A stretch of 64,000 bases of DNA from an uncultured Candidatus Kuenenia sp. (GTDB lineage: Bacteria > Planctomycetota > UBA11346). The notes beneath the pieces are model-generated. The model worked only from the letters and a program-made list of their open reading frames with translations. It was not told the DNA's origin and made no database searches. Where the stretch lies: the NCBI GenBank assembly GCA_964654285.1, contig CAZZJC010000006.1, positions 67,288 through 131,287 on the forward strand. The letters are read 5' to 3'. Positions 44,527-54,177 of the stretch are shown here, one piece after another (the first letter of the stretch is position 1; every line of letters starts with the position of its first letter). Both the position numbers and the translations under genes were made by a program.

Positions 44527-44772
44527 GCGCGTCCTTGCGTTTGCCACGCGTTTGCCCAATCGGGCGGGGGGGCGCTGCGCTGCCCCGCCGGGGTCTGATG
44601 TCAGTTTGTTCGGCCTGCTGCGCGTCCTTGCGTTTGCTACGCGGTTGCCCGTTCGGGCGGGGGCGCTGCGCTGCCCCGCCGGGGTTGGATGTCAGTTTGT
44701 TCGGCCTGCCGCGCGTCCTTGCGTTTGCCACGCGGTTGCCCGTTCGGGCGGGGGGCGCTGCGCTGCCCCGCC
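44527..44772. repeat. Tandem direct repeat, ~92-bp unit × 2.7 copies
   Basis: The unit is gcgcgtccttgcgtttgccacgcggttgcccgttcgggcgggggcgctgcgctgccccgccggggtctgatgtcagtttgttcggcctgc(t/c). Copies start at 44527, 44620 and 44711, the last truncated. There are a few SNPs between copies. The cgcg...cgcg and G-rich stems are palindromic. Confidence 0.9.
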
Positions 44773-44790
44773 TACGTCGATATCTGATTT

Positions 44791-45759
44791 TCAGGCAGGA
44801 CGCGCTGTGGCGAGGCAGTCGCGGATGAGGGTGTCGAGACCGCGTTCGGGCGTCCAGCCGGTCAGGCGCGCGATCTTCGCCAGGGCGGGGAGACGGCGGC
44901 GCATGTCCTCGAAACCGCCGCCCGGGTAGGCGCTGTGGTAGGGCACCAGGCGCACCTCGGCGCGGCTGCCGGCGAGCGCGAGCACGCGGTGCGCGAGGGC
45001 GAGGATGCTGATCTCCTCGGCGCCGCCGATGTTCACCACCTCGCCCACCGCCGCCGGCGTGTCGACCAGGCGGCGCACCGCCGCGACCGCGTCGGCGACA
45101 TGGCAGAAGGTGCGGGTCTGCTGGCCGTCGCCGTGCACGTCGAGCGGCTTCCCGGCCGCCGCAGCGGCGCAGAAGCGCGGCAGCACCATGCCGTAGGCGC
45201 CGCTCTGGCGCGGGCCGGCGACGTTGAAGAAGCGACCGACGACGACCGGCAGGCCGCGTTCGCGGTGCCAGGCGAGGGCGAGGAACTCGTCGATCAGCTT
45301 CGACGCGGCGTAGCTCCAGCGCTGCAGCCGGCTCGCGCCCAGGACGCAGTCGTCGTCCTCGTTGAACGGCACCCGATCCTGCTTGCCGTAGGCCTCGCTG
45401 GTCGAGGCGATGAAGACCGGCGCGCGGCCGTGCACCTCGGCGGCGCGCAGGACGACCTCGGTGCCGCGCACGTTGGTGACGATCGAGGCGACCTGGCGCT
45501 CCAGGATCCGGCGCACGCCCACCGCCGCCGCGAGGTGGATGATGCGGTCGCAGCCGCGGCAGGCCTCGTCCATCGCCAGCTCATCGCACACGGAACCATG
45601 CACGATGGTCAGGCGCGGCTCGCCCTGGTGCTGCGCCAGGTTGGCGAGCGACCCGGTCGAGCAGTCATCGAGCACCACCGCCTCGTGCCCGTCCGCAAGA
45701 AGCGCGTCGACCAGGTGCGAGCCGATGAACCCGGCTCCGCCGGTGACGAGGTAGCGCAT
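44791..45759 (-). CDS. NAD-dependent epimerase/dehydratase (UDP-sugar epimerase or decarboxylase type SDR)
   Basis: MRYLVTGGAGFIGSHLVDALL is the Rossmann fold; ...YAASKLIDE is the YxxxK motif. The listed 414-aa ORF has a spurious N-terminal extension. Confidence 0.85.
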   Translation of the reverse strand: MRYLVTGGAGFIGSHLVDALLADGHEAVVLDDCSTGSLANLAQHQGEPRLTIVHGSVCDELAMDEACRGCDRIIHLAAAVGVRRILERQVASIVTNVRGTEVVLRAAEVHGRAPVFIASTSEAYGKQDRVPFNEDDDCVLGASRLQRWSYAASKLIDEFLALAWHRERGLPVVVGRFFNVAGPRQSGAYGMVLPRFCAAAAAGKPLDVHGDGQQTRTFCHVADAVAAVRRLVDTPAAVGEVVNIGGAEEISILALAHRVLALAGSRAEVRLVPYHSAYPGGGFEDMRRRLPALAKIARLTGWTPERGLDTLIRDCLATARPA

Positions 45760-46015
45760 GGCGGGTTCGTACCAGCGGGCCACTGCTGCGCCAGTTGGAT
45801 GAGCGCGACGCCGTCTTCGCCCGAGCACAGCCCTTTGCCAGTACGTGGCCCGCACGCACCTCGTCAAGGCTCGCGACCAGCCGCGGGCCCTGGCGCACGC
45901 CCCAACCTTCCACAGGGAAATTAGTTCCGCATCGAAACATATTGCACCACGGGCCGCGTCGCTATTGTTTCGACACGACACCAATAAAGGTGATCCCAGC
46001 CCAACGAGGTCTCCC

Positions 46016-46258
46016 ATGTCCACGACTACCGCCATCTTCTACCACGCTGGCTGCCCGGTGTGCATCACCGCTGAACGCCAGCTGGCCGCAGCGCTCGACC
46101 CCTCCCGGTACGCCCTGCAGGTCGTCCACCTGGGCCAGCACAAGGACCAGATCGCCGCCGCCCGCGCTGCCGGTGTCACCTCGGTTCCCGCCCTGGTCAT
46201 CGATGGGCAGGCGTTCCACATCAACTTCGGCGCGAGCCTCGATGCCGTCGCAGGCTGA
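46016..46258 (+). CDS. Small thioredoxin-fold protein (glutaredoxin-like, CPVC motif)
   Basis: MSTTTAIFYHAGCPVCITAERQL...VTSVPALVIDGQAF has a CxxC motif in a thioredoxin-fold context and is about 80 aa. Confidence 0.55.
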   Translation: MSTTTAIFYHAGCPVCITAERQLAAALDPSRYALQVVHLGQHKDQIAAARAAGVTSVPALVIDGQAFHINFGASLDAVAG

Positions 46259-46303
46259 ATCGCACCGCTCAGTTCAACAAAACCCACAAACCACACAAAC
46301 CCC

Positions 46304-47068
46304 ATGAACCCGCGAAAGGCTCCCATGCTGCGGATCTCGTCCCTCGTCGTCCTCACCGCCACCGTTCTCTCGGCCTGCGAAACCACGGCCTGCAAGACCA
46401 AGCTGGCGCCGACCGCCAATGCGGATCTGCAGGTGACCGCCGCCTCGGTGCGCTACCTGTCCGACATCGACCATCTGGTCTTCTCCATCACCGTGGCCGG
46501 CACGGCTGGAGGAACCTCGGTGACCAAGCGCGGCAGCGTCGATGGTGCTCCCGTGCTCGGATATGTCTTCCCCACCACCCTGTCGGCGGCCGATGTCGGA
46601 TTCGCAGCCACCGAGGGCATCGTCGCCCTGGCGGCCACCCAGCATCCCGACTTCGACGATTCCCCAATCTGGGACGAGAATCTCGACGGCAACTACGACA
46701 ATGACGGAGCGACCTGGCACACCCACTGGGTCGTGCTGACGAAGGACGAACGCGTTCCCGGTGGGCTGGCGGTGAAGGAGCGCAAGCCCACCGAACGGCT
46801 GCCGCCCACGGCGCCGGCGATGCCGATGTTCATGGATTCGCCTGGCTTCCCGGTCGTGATCAATGGCAAGGATGTGCGGATCGCCGTTCCGGCGCCTCGG
46901 GTGAATCGTCGCATCGACTTCCGTTTCGATGCGGTCGCAGCCTACATGGCGGTGAGCGCCCCCGGCGGCGAACACAAAGGGCCGGCCGCGCTGCCCATGC
47001 TGGGCGTCTACCAGGTCTATTCGGTGCTGTCGGGCAATCTGTCGCTCCCCTACTCGGTCACCCGCTGA
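46304..47068 (+). CDS. Hypothetical secreted lipoprotein
   Basis: LVVLTATVLSAC is a signal peptide with lipobox. GC3 is high. No family was recognised. Confidence 0.55.
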   Translation: MNPRKAPMLRISSLVVLTATVLSACETTACKTKLAPTANADLQVTAASVRYLSDIDHLVFSITVAGTAGGTSVTKRGSVDGAPVLGYVFPTTLSAADVGFAATEGIVALAATQHPDFDDSPIWDENLDGNYDNDGATWHTHWVVLTKDERVPGGLAVKERKPTERLPPTAPAMPMFMDSPGFPVVINGKDVRIAVPAPRVNRRIDFRFDAVAAYMAVSAPGGEHKGPAALPMLGVYQVYSVLSGNLSLPYSVTR

Positions 47069-47102
47069 CACCTCCATTCCAACCAGCTCACGCGAGATCC
47101 CC

Positions 47103-47573
47103 ATGACCACACCCGATCCCATCCCCTTGACCCTGGACGTCTCGCGCTGGTTCCATGCCCCGGCGGGATTCTCACTGGCCGACCTGCGCGGTCGGCCGGT
47201 GCTGCTGCATACCTTCCAGCTGCTCTGCCCAGGTTGCGTCCAGCATGCGATTCCGCAGATCCGGCGCATCGAGGCCCTCGGCGACGAGGTGGCCGTGGTC
47301 GGACTCCACACCGTCTTCGAGCATCATGACGCGATGACGCCGACCGTGCTCGAAGCCTTCTTGCATGAAAATCATCTGCACCATCCGGTCGGCGTCGACG
47401 CTTCGGTTCCCGGGCAGCGCATCCCTTCGACGATGGCCCGGCTGCGCCTCCAGGGCACGCCTTCGCTGCTCCTGCTGGATCGCGAGGGGCGAGAGCGCCG
47501 ACGCTGGTTCGGCGCGGTGTCCGATCTGGAAATCGGATGGGAGCTTGGCCGGATCACCGCCTCAGGCGGCTGA
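47103..47573 (+). CDS. Thiol-disulfide oxidoreductase, TlpA/AhpC-TSA-like (CPGC)
   Basis: RGRPVLLHTFQLLCPGCVQHAIPQI has a CxxC in a redoxin-fold context. A second conserved block is GTPSLLLLDREG. Confidence 0.65.
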   Translation: MTTPDPIPLTLDVSRWFHAPAGFSLADLRGRPVLLHTFQLLCPGCVQHAIPQIRRIEALGDEVAVVGLHTVFEHHDAMTPTVLEAFLHENHLHHPVGVDASVPGQRIPSTMARLRLQGTPSLLLLDREGRERRRWFGAVSDLEIGWELGRITASGG

Positions 47574-47725
47574 TCCGGCCCGGGCCGCCCTCGGGGGCTG
47601 GGGTCCACGATCCACCTGGTGGCGAGCCCGCTCAGTCCTGATGTCCAGCGGGAGCGCGGGCGATCGTGCGCTTCCCGGCGCGGGGAAGCGGGCGGCGCAG
47701 CCACGACCGCGTCCAGGCAACGGCG

Positions 47726-48298
47726 TCAGCCGGCATCCAGCCGCGCGGGGTCGTGCTCGCGGCACCACAGCTGCCGATCTGCCGCGGTCAGGGATTCGCG
47801 GGTGAGTCCGCAGCGGAAACGCCCTTCGCCTTCCTGCACGTGATGGCGGCAGCTGTGGCAGGCGCCGAAGCTGCGTTTTCCGCCCGCCTGCTGCAGTCGC
47901 GTCAGCATGGCGGCCAGACCGGCTCCGATGCGCGGATCGGCCTGCTGCACCACCGTCTTCCAGGCGGCTGGCGGATTGGAGTCGCGCAGGATCCGGCGAC
48001 CCTCGCGGGTCAGCCTGAGATGCGACACCCGCTGATCGTCCTGGTCTGCGAGACGTTCCACCAGGCCGCGTGCCACCAGCAGTTCGACGCTCTGGGATAC
48101 CGTGCCCTTGGTTGCACCCAGGTATTCGACCAGGGCCGTGAGCGTATCGCTGTAACGGTTGGCGTGGGCGAGGTAGACGAGGATCCTTCCATGCACCGGA
48201 TGCAGGCCCAGGGCGTCCCAGTGCGAGCGCGCCAAGCCCGCCAGCACCGAGGACAGGCGTTCGATGAGTTCGTCGAGACCGGGAGATTCCTCGTCCAC
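47726..48298 (-). CDS. MarR-family transcriptional regulator with a Cys/His-rich C-terminal extension
   Basis: LGLHPVHGRILVYLAHAN...GTVSQSVELLVARGLVERLADQDDQRVSHLRLTREG is a MarR winged helix. The C-terminal tail is ...SFGACHSCRHHVQEGEGRFRCGLTRE...WCREH. Confidence 0.8.
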   Translation of the reverse strand: MDEESPGLDELIERLSSVLAGLARSHWDALGLHPVHGRILVYLAHANRYSDTLTALVEYLGATKGTVSQSVELLVARGLVERLADQDDQRVSHLRLTREGRRILRDSNPPAAWKTVVQQADPRIGAGLAAMLTRLQQAGGKRSFGACHSCRHHVQEGEGRFRCGLTRESLTAADRQLWCREHDPARLDAG

Positions 48299-48475
48299 GG
48301 CAATATGGTATCGTAGCGAAACGAATTGAAACCCCCAACATGGCGTCCGCTCTCTGGCGCCCCGTTCGCGTCCATCCGGGGCGGCGACGGGCTGATCACC
48401 CGGAGATGACGACGGGTCCGTGTCGGCCGGATCGGCGGGAACGGGTCGGCTGGTGTCGCCCTACCAGCGCCTAGC

Positions 48476-49405
48476 ATGCGGCTCCGGATGCTCGCCGCGT
48501 TCGTCACCGTCTGCCTCTGGTCGTGTTCGGCTATTGCCTCGGCGCGCACGGCCCGCTGGCTCGGGGCGGTGGCGGCCAACCGCTGGCGCATGGTGATCGC
48601 CGGCGGCGTGCTCGGCGGGTTGTGGCTGGCCTGCGGCGGCGATCCGGGGCCGGCGGCGTGGTGGTTCCTGCTCTCGGGCGCGATCGGGCTGGGCCTGGGC
48701 GATCTCTGCATGTTCGCCGCCTATGAGCGCCAGGGGGCGCGGCTGACCTCGCTGATGACGCACTGCCTGGCGGTGCCGGTCGCGGTCGCGGTGGAATGGG
48801 TCTGGCTCGGCCATGGGCTGGGCTGGCTCGAACTCGCCCTCTGCCTGGCGATCCCGGCGGTGGTCGCGGTGGCGCTGGCCCCGGGCGTGCATCTGGTCGC
48901 CGATCCGGCGGCGCGGCGCTGGGGCATCTGCTTCGGGATCGGCGCGGGTATCGGGTATGGGCTGGGCAGCGTCATCGCGCGCAAGGGCTATGCGATGGCC
49001 GCCGCCGCGGGCCAGCCGCTCGCGGGGTTCCCGGGCGCCGCCACCGCCGGCTTCATCCGCACCCTGGGCGGGATCGCCTTCGTCCTCCTGCTGCAGGGGC
49101 TCGCCGTGCGCCTGCTGCGGGTCGGGCATGGGCCCGGCACCGGGCACGAACGGTCCTGGCGGCGGGCCCTGCCCTGGCTGCTGTTCACCGCCAGCGTCGG
49201 GCCGGGAGTCGGCATGGTCACCTACCAGTGGGCGCTGGCCCAGGGCCAGGCCGGGCCGGTGCATGCGGTGCTGTGCCTGTCTCCGATCATGGTGATGCCG
49301 CTGACCTGGCTGATCGACGGCGACCGGCCGCCGCCCCTGGCCATCGCCGCCGGCGTGCTCGCCGCGGCCGGCGCCGCCACGGTGGCGCTGCTGCATCACG
49401 GCTGA
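48476..49405 (+). CDS. EamA/DMT-family transporter
   Basis: About 10 TM helices with a duplicated EamA-like architecture. GC3 is high. Confidence 0.6.
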   Translation: MRLRMLAAFVTVCLWSCSAIASARTARWLGAVAANRWRMVIAGGVLGGLWLACGGDPGPAAWWFLLSGAIGLGLGDLCMFAAYERQGARLTSLMTHCLAVPVAVAVEWVWLGHGLGWLELALCLAIPAVVAVALAPGVHLVADPAARRWGICFGIGAGIGYGLGSVIARKGYAMAAAAGQPLAGFPGAATAGFIRTLGGIAFVLLLQGLAVRLLRVGHGPGTGHERSWRRALPWLLFTASVGPGVGMVTYQWALAQGQAGPVHAVLCLSPIMVMPLTWLIDGDRPPPLAIAAGVLAAAGAATVALLHHG

Positions 49406-49462
49406 GTCCGGCGCGGCGGCGCCCCCTGGGCTGGGGATCGGCCGGCATAGCATGGCGCGACC

Positions 49463-50647
49463 ATGGCAAACACCGACATCCTTCCGTCCGAACGCACCGT
49501 GTCCGCCGATGCCGGGACCGGCCGCCCGGTCGTGCGCTGGACCGCCGGGGCCTGGAAGGACCAGCACCTCTACTTCACCGGGCCGTCGGTCACCGCCGAC
49601 GACCGCTGGCTGGTGGTCATCAGCGAACGCGACGGCCATCCCAACCTGTGGGCGATCGACCGCCAGGATGGCCGCCTGCACCGACTGACCGCCAACCGCG
49701 CCGGCAAGCGCCGATCCTACTGCCATGGCGCCGGCGGTTCGCGCGGCTTCAGCAAGAGCGCGCCCTGCCTGGATGCGGTGCGGCGCCGGGCCTATGCCAT
49801 CATCGATGACCGCATCCAGCGCATCGATCTCGACGACCGCCGGGTGGTCGACCTGGGTGCGCTGCCGGAGGGCTGGATCACCTCGTTCACCCAGGTCTCG
49901 CCCGATGGCCGCTGGCTCTGCGTACCGGTCACCAACCCCGAGGCGTTCGCCGGCCCCGCCGCGGTCGCGGACCAGGCGACCCAGATGCGGGCGGTGTGGG
50001 CCCAGGTCGTCGCCGGCACGGTGCGCAGCCGGCTGCTGCTCATCGACACCGAAACCGGGGCGCAGCGCACCCTGGCCGAGGTGCCCTTCTGGGTCACCCA
50101 TGTGCAGTTCGATCCCTGCGGATCCGGCCGCATCCTCTTCAACAGCGAATGCCTGTGGCATGAGCAGGACCGCATCCCGCGCATGTGGATCGCCGAGACC
50201 GATGGCCGCACCCATCCCCTCTTCGCCCAGCCTGCGGGCGAACGCATCGGGCACGAGAACTGGTCCGCCGACGGCCGGCACGTGGTCTACCATGGGTATG
50301 CCTCGGGTGACGATTTCTTCGGCAAGACCGGCGGGCACTTCCTCGCCCGGCGCACCGCCGAGGGCGCGCTGGTCGAGCGCGTGGCGATCGGCGATCTCGG
50401 TATCCACCACGCCACCCTGATGGCGGACGGCGGCTATCTGGTCGACACCCTCGACGGCCGCCTCGGCCTCGTCCATCCCGCCGGCGCCGCGACCGCCATC
50501 CGGACCCTCTGCCGCAGCGACACCCGCGACCGCGCCGACCAGGACACCCACGCCCACGCCATCGCCTGCCCGCACGGCCGCAGCGCGGTGTTCAGCAGCG
50601 ATCGCGCCGGCGGGGTCGATGTGTACGAGATCGGCCTGCCGGCGTGA
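49463..50647 (+). CDS. β-propeller protein, oligogalacturonate-lyase/TolB-like family
   Basis: ...PSVTADDRWLVVISERDGHPNLWAIDRQDGRLHRLTAN... and ...VSPDGRWLCVPVTN... are repeated propeller-blade motifs. Confidence 0.5.
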   Translation: MANTDILPSERTVSADAGTGRPVVRWTAGAWKDQHLYFTGPSVTADDRWLVVISERDGHPNLWAIDRQDGRLHRLTANRAGKRRSYCHGAGGSRGFSKSAPCLDAVRRRAYAIIDDRIQRIDLDDRRVVDLGALPEGWITSFTQVSPDGRWLCVPVTNPEAFAGPAAVADQATQMRAVWAQVVAGTVRSRLLLIDTETGAQRTLAEVPFWVTHVQFDPCGSGRILFNSECLWHEQDRIPRMWIAETDGRTHPLFAQPAGERIGHENWSADGRHVVYHGYASGDDFFGKTGGHFLARRTAEGALVERVAIGDLGIHHATLMADGGYLVDTLDGRLGLVHPAGAATAIRTLCRSDTRDRADQDTHAHAIACPHGRSAVFSSDRAGGVDVYEIGLPA

Positions 50648-51420
50648 CCGCGCCGTTGCGCCTGACCTTCGCGATCGGCCTGGCCGGCGGCCTGCTCGGG
50701 GCCCTGGTCGGGCTCGGCGGCGGGGTGGTGATGATCCCGCTGATGCTCGCGTGCTGCGGCCTGTCCCGGCACCAGGCGCACGCGACCAGCCTGGCGGCGG
50801 TGATCGCCACCGGCACCGCCGGGACGCTGCCCTACCTCCTCCAGGGCAGGTTCGATGCCCACGCGGCGGGCCTGCTGGCCGGCACCGCGATGACGTTCTC
50901 CTGGGCTGGGGCCCGGCTCGCGCATCGTCTCAAGGCCCAGACCCTGCGCCGCGTGTTCGGGGTGATGGTCCTCACGCTCGCCGCCCTGCTGCTCGCCAAG
51001 CCCTGGCTGCTGCAGCAGGGATCCGGGGCCGGTCATGCGCTGGGCTGGATCGGCCTCGGCATCCTGGGCGCGGTGGCGGGGTTCTTCGCCGGGCTGATGG
51101 GCGTCGGCGGCGGCGGGATCATGGTGCCCGGCATGGTCCTGCTCGCCGGCCTCGACCAGCACACCGCCCAGGGCACCTCCCTGCTGGTCATGGTGCCGGC
51201 GGCGATCATCGGCACCTGGACCCACGCCCGCGCCGGCCTGGTCGCCACCGGCCTGCTGCCCGGCCTGATACCCGGCGTGCTGCTCGGCGCGCTGCTCGGC
51301 GGCTTCGGGGCCAACCTCATCCCGCAGGATGGGCTGCGCTGGATGTTCGGCTTGTTCATGTGCTGGCTCGGCTGGCGCGACCTGCGTCCGGCGCCGGCCC
51401 GGCCGCCGGAGAGGACCTGA
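50644..51420 (+). CDS. TauE/SafE (DUF81) family sulfite/anion exporter
   Basis: LAGGLLGALVGLGGGVVMIPLM and a repeated LMGVGGGGIMVPGMVLLAGL form the two internal repeats typical of TauE. Confidence 0.8.
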   Translation: MTAPLRLTFAIGLAGGLLGALVGLGGGVVMIPLMLACCGLSRHQAHATSLAAVIATGTAGTLPYLLQGRFDAHAAGLLAGTAMTFSWAGARLAHRLKAQTLRRVFGVMVLTLAALLLAKPWLLQQGSGAGHALGWIGLGILGAVAGFFAGLMGVGGGGIMVPGMVLLAGLDQHTAQGTSLLVMVPAAIIGTWTHARAGLVATGLLPGLIPGVLLGALLGGFGANLIPQDGLRWMFGLFMCWLGWRDLRPAPARPPERT

Positions 51421-51465
51421 GGTCGTGCGGCATCGCCGCATCCTTGCCCGATCGTCCAGGCGTTC

Positions 51466-53682
51466 TCAGCGCGGGTCGTCCCCTGCTGGCGCGGATCCGG
51501 CCGGCTGCCCCGGCAAGCGCACGCCGGCGGCCAGCAACGCCTGCACACTGCGTTCCATCGGGTGGCCGACGTGGTTGCGCCGATGGGCGCTGAGCGGTGC
51601 GGGGTCGAGGCGATCGATCAGCGCCTGCGCCTCGGCGACGCGGCCCTGGCGGGTCAGCGCCACGGCGTGCAGGACTTCGACCTCGGTGCTGCCGGCGACC
51701 AGCGAGCGTCCACGGGCGACGTGGCGCACCAGGGCCGCGACATCGTCGCGCGCGAGCGCGACATAGGCGAGGAGGAGCGGCGGCAGCACGCTGTCGGGTT
51801 CGGCGCCGGAGGCGATCAGCGCCAGGCGTTCGGTGGTGCCGACGTCGCCTTCGGCCAGGCTGGCGCGGGCGCTGGCGATGAGCGGCCAGAAGTCGCCGGG
51901 GCGGTCGGCCATGCGGTGCTGCGCCGCGACGGTGAGGCGCGGTTCAGGCGCGAACAGGGCGAGCGCGGTGGCGGCGGAGGGGGCCTCGGTCAAGGTGGCG
52001 TCGGAGTCGGCGCAGGGGCAGAACAGCGGTTCGCCGCCGGCGAACCGGCTGCGCCCCAGGAGCCGGCCGAGGGCCTGCCAGCCCGGGGTCGGTCCGCCGG
52101 CGGCCAGCAGCGCGACGGTGGCGTCGGCGTGCGAGTCGGCCCCGCGTTCCTTCTCTGCACGCCAGAGAAAAGCCAGGGATTCGGCGAGCAGCGACCGGAG
52201 CGGACTGGCGGCGAGCGCGACCGCATCGGCGGCGATGCGGTCGACATCCAGGCTCAGGCCGGCGTCGCGGATCGCCTGGCGCCAGGCCTGCACCTGGTCG
52301 GCCCACGGGCCGAGGGTGCGGGTGCGATGGAGCAGTCCGGTCAGGCGCACCCGCACCGCGTCCTCGCGTTCGCGCCGCGCCGCGAGGTCGAACGCGGTCT
52401 GGAGCCTCGCCTCGACCGGGGCCGCCAGGCGGGGATGGCGGATGGCGATCGCGCGCACCTCGGCCAGCGCCACCGCCACCGTGGTGCTGCGGTCGAGCAC
52501 GGCATCCGCCGCGATCCGGGCGAGGCGGGCCTCGGCCTCGGCCCGCGCCTGCCGCGCCTGCCAGGCCCAGCCGGCGAGGACGAGCGCGAGCGCGACCAGC
52601 CCGGCGGCGAGGCCCGCGCGGACGCGCGGCGAGCGGCGCAGGCGGAGCCAGGCCCGCTCCAGGCGGTTGGCGTCCTGGGCCAGGGTGATGCCGTCGCCGA
52701 GCCAGCGCCGCAGGTCGTCGGCCACCGCGCCGGCATGGGGATAGCGGGCGGCGGGATCCGGCGCCAGGCAGCGGCGGATGAGCGCGGCGATGCCCCGCGG
52801 GATGGCCTTGGGGAGGTTCCCCGGAGCGCGGACCTCCGGTCCGCTCGTGTGCCGTGCTCCGGGTTCCGGGGCCAGCCCCGTGAAGCCGAAGCGGACGAGC
52901 GCGCCGAGGGCGTAGACATCCTGGCGCGGATCGGCGGCGGCGACGCCCTGCTCCGGCGCCATCCAGGCCGGGGTGCCGGCGCGCACCCCGTCGCGCGTGC
53001 CGACCGGCACCGCCAGCCCCCAGTCGAGCACGTACACCGCGCCGAACTCCGCGACCAGGATGTTGCGCGGGGTGAGATCGCGGTGCACCACGCCGCGGCT
53101 GTGGGCGTAGCCGACCGCCTCCGCGACGCGCACCAGGATGGCGACCAGCTCGCTCAGCGGCACGCCGCCGGCGGTGATCAGCGCGTCCAGGGTGCGCCCG
53201 TCCAGGCGCTTCATCGCGAAGGCGGGCAGGCCGTCGCTGCGGCCGACATCGTAGACCGGCGGGATGGCGGGATGCTCCAGCCCGGCGGTGAGGGCGGCTT
53301 CGCACCGGAAGGCGGCCTCGCGCGCCTGGAACTGCTCCAGCGGCTCGTCGACGCGGCGCGGGCGCAGCACCTTCAGCGCCACCACCCGGTCGAGGACGCG
53401 ATCGTGCGCCGCGCTGACCACCGCCATGCCGCCAGCGCCCAGCGGCAGGCCAGGACGCAGGCGGCCGCGCGGGAGATCGCTGGTGAAACCCGGTGCGGGC
53501 CGGGTCGGCGCAAGCACCCCGTCCAGTCCCGGCTGATCGCCTGCCGCCTCGGCCAGGACGCAGGCGGCCTCGGCCTCATCCAGCGCCGCCAGCCAGGCGT
53601 CGACCGCGCTGAAGCGCGCGGGCGGCAGCGAACCGGCGCAGAAGGCGCGCAGTTCGTCGGGACTGGGCGGGGCATCCGGCAT
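51466..53682 (-). CDS. Ser/Thr protein kinase with a C-terminal TPR/helical repeat region
   Basis: VALKVL; [11 protein letters not shown] is the catalytic loop; LDWGLA is the DFG-like motif; MAPEQ is the APE motif. About 450 aa of Ala/Leu-rich helical repeats follow a TM segment. The start is placed at MPDAPPSP, which is M129 of the listed ORF. Confidence 0.8.
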   Translation of the reverse strand: MPDAPPSPDELRAFCAGSLPPARFSAVDAWLAALDEAEAACVLAEAAGDQPGLDGVLAPTRPAPGFTSDLPRGRLRPGLPLGAGGMAVVSAAHDRVLDRVVALKVLRPRRVDEPLEQFQAREAAFRCEAALTAGLEHPAIPPVYDVGRSDGLPAFAMKRLDGRTLDALITAGGVPLSELVAILVRVAEAVGYAHSRGVVHRDLTPRNILVAEFGAVYVLDWGLAVPVGTRDGVRAGTPAWMAPEQGVAAADPRQDVYALGALVRFGFTGLAPEPGARHTSGPEVRAPGNLPKAIPRGIAALIRRCLAPDPAARYPHAGAVADDLRRWLGDGITLAQDANRLERAWLRLRRSPRVRAGLAAGLVALALVLAGWAWQARQARAEAEARLARIAADAVLDRSTTVAVALAEVRAIAIRHPRLAAPVEARLQTAFDLAARREREDAVRVRLTGLLHRTRTLGPWADQVQAWRQAIRDAGLSLDVDRIAADAVALAASPLRSLLAESLAFLWRAEKERGADSHADATVALLAAGGPTPGWQALGRLLGRSRFAGGEPLFCPCADSDATLTEAPSAATALALFAPEPRLTVAAQHRMADRPGDFWPLIASARASLAEGDVGTTERLALIASGAEPDSVLPPLLLAYVALARDDVAALVRHVARGRSLVAGSTEVEVLHAVALTRQGRVAEAQALIDRLDPAPLSAHRRNHVGHPMERSVQALLAAGVRLPGQPAGSAPAGDDPR

Positions 53683-53811
53683 GCTGGGACCATGCTGCCG
53701 CGCCGGCGGCACCACCCAAGCTCCAACCCGAGCGGCACCGGGCGGCACCCGCTGCGCCGCGCAGCCCGCCACGGCTTGCACCGGCCGCCGGCGCATGCCA
53801 GCCTTGCCGCC

Positions 53812-54168
53812 ATGGGCGATCCGCAGCAGGAAGGACGGCGGGCCGAGGACCGCGTCTGCATGCATCTGCGGTGGCGCGGCTGGCGCCTCTGCGCCCGCAA
53901 CTGGATCGGCGGCGGGGGTGAACTCGATCTCGTCGCCAGCCGCTGGACGACGCTGCTCGTGGTCGAGGTCCGCCGCCGCGCCAGCGCCGAGGCAGCCCTC
54001 GCCTCGGTCGACCGCGCCAAGCTCGATCATGTGATCGCCGCCGCCCAGGCGCTGGTGCGCACCCACCGGCTGCAGCGGTACCGCCTGCGCCTCGATCTCG
54101 CCGCCGTCGATGAACGCGGGCGCATCACCTGGACCCGCGATGTCCTCGCCGGGCAGCCCGGCTGGTGA
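53812..54168 (+). CDS. yraN: YraN-family (UPF0102) endonuclease-like protein
   Basis: GRRAEDRVCMHLRWRGWRLCARNWIGGGGELDLVASRWTTLLVVEVRRR...RLDLAAVD matches the YraN pattern (GEIDLI....LVFVEVK.R...RFDV.A). It is the 3' terminal part of the listed 868-aa plus ORF; the rest of that ORF is antisense to the kinase gene. Confidence 0.7.
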   Translation: MGDPQQEGRRAEDRVCMHLRWRGWRLCARNWIGGGGELDLVASRWTTLLVVEVRRRASAEAALASVDRAKLDHVIAAAQALVRTHRLQRYRLRLDLAAVDERGRITWTRDVLAGQPGW

Positions 54169-54177
54169 TGCCCGTAG

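Noticed and set aside
44351-44772. CRISPR array
   Set aside because: The repeats are 72 and ~92 bp long and directly abut each other with no unique spacers. No cas genes are nearby.
51562-53811. 5' 750 codons of the 868-aa plus-strand ORF
   Set aside because: It is antisense to the Ser/Thr kinase gene. Only its last ~118 codons (53812-54168, the YraN-like protein) look genuine.
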